The notes under the pieces were generated by a model. It was given only the letters and a program-made list of their open reading frames with translations, made no database searches and was not told where the DNA came from. This document shows positions 58,772 through 64,000 of a stretch of DNA of 64,000 bases, one piece after another. Within the stretch, counting starts at the first letter, position 1. Every line of letters starts with the position of its first letter. Location of the stretch: assembly GCF_009914755.1 (NCBI RefSeq), contig NC_060933.1; one strand, given 5' to 3'. Origin of the DNA: the human T2T-CHM13v2.0 reference genome, Homo sapiens. A program made the position numbers and the translations under genes.

Positions 58772-60645
58772 TATATCACATTTTATTGATCCATTATTCC
58801 ATAATTGGACAGTTGGTCAGTTTCCAGCTTTTAGCTATTGTGAATAATGCTTCTATGAACATTGGTTTACAAATATATGCTCAAGTCCCTGATATCAATT
58901 ATTTTGCATATATACTTGGAAGTGGAATTGCTAAATCATATGATGTATTTGATGAATTTTCATATGTTGAAACATCCTTGCATTCCAGAAACAAATCCCA
59001 CTTGATCATAGGTGTATAATCACATGCTGCTGAATTCAGTTTGTTCATATTTTGTTGAAATTTTAAAATTTTTTACATTAATTTTCATAAGAGTTATTGA
59101 TCTGTATTTTTTTTTTGTAGCATTTTTGTCTGGCTTCAGCATCAGGATAATGCTGGCCCTACAGGAAAAGCTAGAAAGTGATTTCCTGCTCTTTGAGTTT
59201 TAGAAAAGTTTGATAAAGGCTGGCTTTGAGTTGCTGTGTAGCATCCTTCCATTTCAGCCTGAAAGTCTCCCCTTATCATTTCTTGTAAAGCAGAGCTAGT
59301 GGGAATAAACCCCTCAGATTTTGCTTATCTGAAAATGTCTGAATTTTTCCCTCATTCTGGTGGACAGTTTTGTTGGACATAGGATTCTCAGTTTAGAGTT
59401 TTGTTTTTCTTTTAGTACTTTAAATATATTAGCCAACCAACATTGGATTCCAAAGTTTCTTCCTAATAAATTGGTTGATAATCTTACTGCTGATGATTGG
59501 CACAGGATAAATCACTTCTTTATTGCTGCTTTCATGTTCCTTTTTCCTTGTTTTTATTTTTCAACAGTTTGGTAATGATGTGTTTCAGTGTAGTTTGAGT
59601 TTAGCTCACATAGAGTCTATTGAGCTTCTTGGATTTGTAGATTCATACCTTTAATCAAATTTGGAGATTTTTAGACATTATTTCTTCAAATAATCCCTTT
59701 GCCCTTTGTTCTCTCTGCCTTCTTGAACTCTCATAATGCATATATTGGTCCTCTTAATGGGGTGCCACAGGTATCTTCAGCTTTTTTGACTTTTTTCATT
59801 CTTTTTTGTAGGCTTTCTCATCAATAGTTTTTGACAATTTATTTTGTTCCCTTAAGTAGGTCATGTTTTCTTGTTTCTTTGCATGCCTTGTAATTTGTTG
59901 TAATTGTTGAAAAGTGAGCATCTGAAAAACAGACACATCTTCCAGTTTTTGAAGACAGACTCTGTCTAGGACAGTACTTCACTGATTAGCTGGATTTTCT
60001 CTGAGCCTAGGGATCAGCTAAAGGTGGAAGTTTAAGGTATTTTCTGAGTATTCATCTTTCCAGGGTCTGAAATTGGCCTTCTCAACTCTAAAATATACAT
60101 GACTTCTCTCAAACGTCCTAATTTTCCAAAGAGTCTTACCCTAGATTCTCCTCAGGGCCTTAGATGGTGTATTCTATGTCTCTACCTGTAATCTTTTGTC
60201 ATAGACATCATCAGGTCTGAAGTCTCCCTGTGGCTTTCAAAAGCAGAGCCTGGTACTTATACCACCTAAGATGTGAGTTATGCGAAATAGAAACCAGGCC
60301 TTTGAGCAGTCCCTGAACAGTTTAGAACATTGCAGATAAAATCTTCTCCCCTCTCTCCAGTTTGAGGGGGAGAACTGATAGCTGGGCTGTCACCTCTTCC
60401 AGGCCAAGACCATGAAACACAGAAGAGAGATGGGAATTTGGGCAAAGGCAGGTGAAAACACCTTAAAATGTCCTACCATATGAAGGTGGCCTTTTCCTGA
60501 TTGAGTGTACATTCATTTGCTGTAAATCTTTGACTTTTTTTCAGAGCTTCTATAAGGTTAGTTCAGCCAGTTTCTGGTTCTTCCTTGGTGTTTTTGGTGT
60601 TTTCAGAGCTTAGAGATTCCTAGTCTGCCATTTTGCTAATGTCAC
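58772..60645 (-). mobile_element. Old L1M (MC/MD-like) remnant with large internal deletions
   Basis: gctattgtgaataatgcttctatgaacatt (late ORF2), cagcatcaggataatgctggcc (ORF2), ORF1-type text, 5' end tcctagtctgccattttgctaatgtcact. Confidence 0.8.
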
Positions 60646-60839
60646 TCTTGTCAGTTAGTCTTTTCATTGAACCATTTAATGAGTTCTCCTCATTCATTGA
60701 CAACAGGACAGGGGCCATTCATTCTAAAGCACCACTGATACATATTTCACCAGTCCTCAATGGTATTATTTTCCATCCACATCCTATAGCCAGTTTCTAC
60801 CATTCCACCAAAAATTACTGTCAAAGGCAACTTAATGAC

Positions 60840-61010
60840 AGAGAAAGGACTTGGGGTTTTGAGATCATCAGGACTTGGTTAAAATTCTGGTCCATAATTA
60901 CTTGTTTTTGTATCTTGGACAACCATCATAAACTCTGCAAGTCTCAGTATAGTGAGTTATTTCATTATTTTACCTGTAATATAATCACTTTGCAAATTTG
61001 ATTTAAAAAT
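60840..61010 (+). mobile_element. MIR
   Basis: ggacttggttaaaattctggtcc...atcttggacaaccatcataaactctgcaagtctcagt. Confidence 0.6.
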
Positions 61011-63187
61011 CAAGATTAGGCTTGTGACTACCCCACCCCCCACCAATAACTCAAAATCCATCTCTCCCTTTTTTTCGCATGGTTTATCCTATGGAAATCC
61101 AATAAGAACTTTTATGCCTCTTTCGAATCGCTGTAGCACTTGTTATCTGTATCATTTATAAATATGTCAGTTGCAACTCTGTGACTGGAAATACAGTTTT
61201 TCTCTTTGCTTATGCCTTGGATCTTTCTTAATAATGTGTTCATTTGGAAATAAAGTCATGTCTCTATCTGTCAATTTATCTGTTGCTTATTTATTGACTG
61301 TTTCATAGACATTGTGTTCAGTTCTGGTTACAGATGCTAGTGAAATATAGTTCTACCGCAGAAGCTTACAGTCTGCAGAAAATAGAAAAAAACCAACAGC
61401 CTATGCCTCAAATACTTTTGCGTTTCCCAAAGAGAACACAATTAGTAGGTACAATAAATTAATGTGTTATAGGTAAACATATAGTTATTTGGCATCAAAA
61501 CCCAGTTAACCACTTTTCTATTTTGAAATAGAAAACTTTTCTTTTCTCCTTGGTTTGCTCCTTGATATCTGGGATAAACTTAAGCCAGCAAGGAGCAAAC
61601 CTTATGAGGTTCAGAACTTTAGTTCAGAGAAGCATTGAGAAGTTATTATCTGAACACTTATACAACATGCTTGACATGAAAATAGAGCTGGAAATCTCTC
61701 AAAGTTAGGGATCTTTCAGGAATTTCAATACTTCCTGCTGTTGGTTGGAAGGCCTTTAAGAATAGCCTCCTTTAAAATGCAGTTAAATATTCAACGACCT
61801 ATGTATTGGCTAAGTGAGCTCAAGAAGGGAAAGAAACTTGTGTTTTAGTTCCATTTACTATGGAGCCTCTGGTCAAATTATTCACTTCTGCTATATCTCT
61901 GTCAGCTTATCATCTATAAAATAGAGGAAGCTCTAAAAACGTAGTGAGAGATGCTGCACAGCTTTATGTGTAATTGTGTTCATTTATCTTAGAATACCAA
62001 GGACATCTAAACTATTACTGCAGACAATTCAAATGTTATTTGGGGTCATCTAGTAGACTCTGTGGAAACAAAAGTAAAGAGGCCCCAGAATAACTGACTT
62101 TTCCAAGGGGCCACAATTATTTTCTGGCCAACTTGGAACAAAAACCTAGATCTCCTCAATTCCACTCTATTGTTCTTTCATTGAGTCCTAAACACAGATG
62201 CATAAACAGAAAATAAAATCCTTCTGTTCTATGTAACTTGTGCAGGGTTTGGCAATATCAAAATTGCAGCACTGAGTATTAAGAGGCATTTGGAAAATTC
62301 TGAAAATGAAGTAGGATACAGAACTCTGATACTGTAGATGAGCAGAACTGGTAAATAAAAGTGTATGAGGACTGTAGTTTCTAATAGGATAGTTGAGTTA
62401 TTTTCTTCTGGTACCTTGAAGGCTCCAACCCAACATACAACTCTAAAACAAAATAAATTTTTCAACTAGATCACATTGAGTTCTACATGCATTCATGCAG
62501 ACATGCATACATCTACATACACTGATGTAAATCAATAAAATATCCCATGTATCATTTATCATTTGCTTTTCTTGATTTTTAATTTCTACTTCATTCTTTC
62601 CAAACATAGAACAGAGACTGAATATAGGTATATGGGAGGCCACGGAGATGAAATAAGCTCACTTCATTCACCATGAAAATTAAGAACCTGACAACCTCTT
62701 TGTAGCTGAGAGTATCCAGACCAACTATCTTTGCTTTATAGGCAAGACTTCTGGAAAAATCAAGCTGACAAACTCTTAATTACCCAGTGTCCCTTGTCTG
62801 TTTCAATAAGTACAATTATATGAGAATTCTTCTAGAGACAGAGAAGGGCAGCCTTACTATCACCATGACCATAATGTGGATATGATGGGCTCAAATTATG
62901 TTAGAAGGGATGGAGCCTATTTCCCATTACTAATATTAATATAGTATAGCATTTAATATTCTCTTGGTTTTGTGCTAAATAATTTTTTCCATTCATTTAA
63001 ATGGATGGGCTATAATTGAGTCTGTAGTGTATGTACTGTTGAAAGCTGAATAAATCTTTGTGGGTTACTAGTATCACTTTTATAAGTCACAGGTTTCTAG
63101 GGAAGATCTGCTGAAAAACTCTCAGTCTAGTATTACATTTATAACAAAATTGTAATGTAGCCTTCAGCAAGTTAAGCTCATCTGTAA

Positions 63188-64000
<813 letters not shown>

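Overview
Primate, very probably human, gene-poor DNA dominated by interspersed repeats. I find no intact protein-coding gene, tRNA, rRNA or CRISPR array; the ORFs I could interpret are chance frames or Alu/L1/L2/Tigger-derived. Main contents: about 15 Alus, a near full-length old L1PA (49.4-55.8 kb, minus), a complete MSTB LTR-int-LTR element (43.9-47.35 kb), a Tigger1 remnant, two convergent Kanga1/Tc2 remnants, MIR/L2/MLT/MER fragments, and a 5'-truncated processed pseudogene of the ANKRD36 coiled-coil region (63.2-63.9 kb) that runs directly into an antisense internal piece of a young L1PA. The most unusual signal is a set of short segments copied from a nearby donor 0.9-3.8 kb away and pasted into unrelated repeats: a 106-bp inverted copy (4 mismatches), a ~310-bp inverted copy (~90%), a 26-bp exact copy inside an AluY, and a 24-bp near-exact copy in a Kanga element. 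There is also a three-part mosaic patch in Tigger1 and an old ~180-bp direct repeat. These look like locally templated break-repair insertions of different ages. Repeat subfamily names are from recalled consensus sequences, not a search; boundaries of old repeats are approximate.
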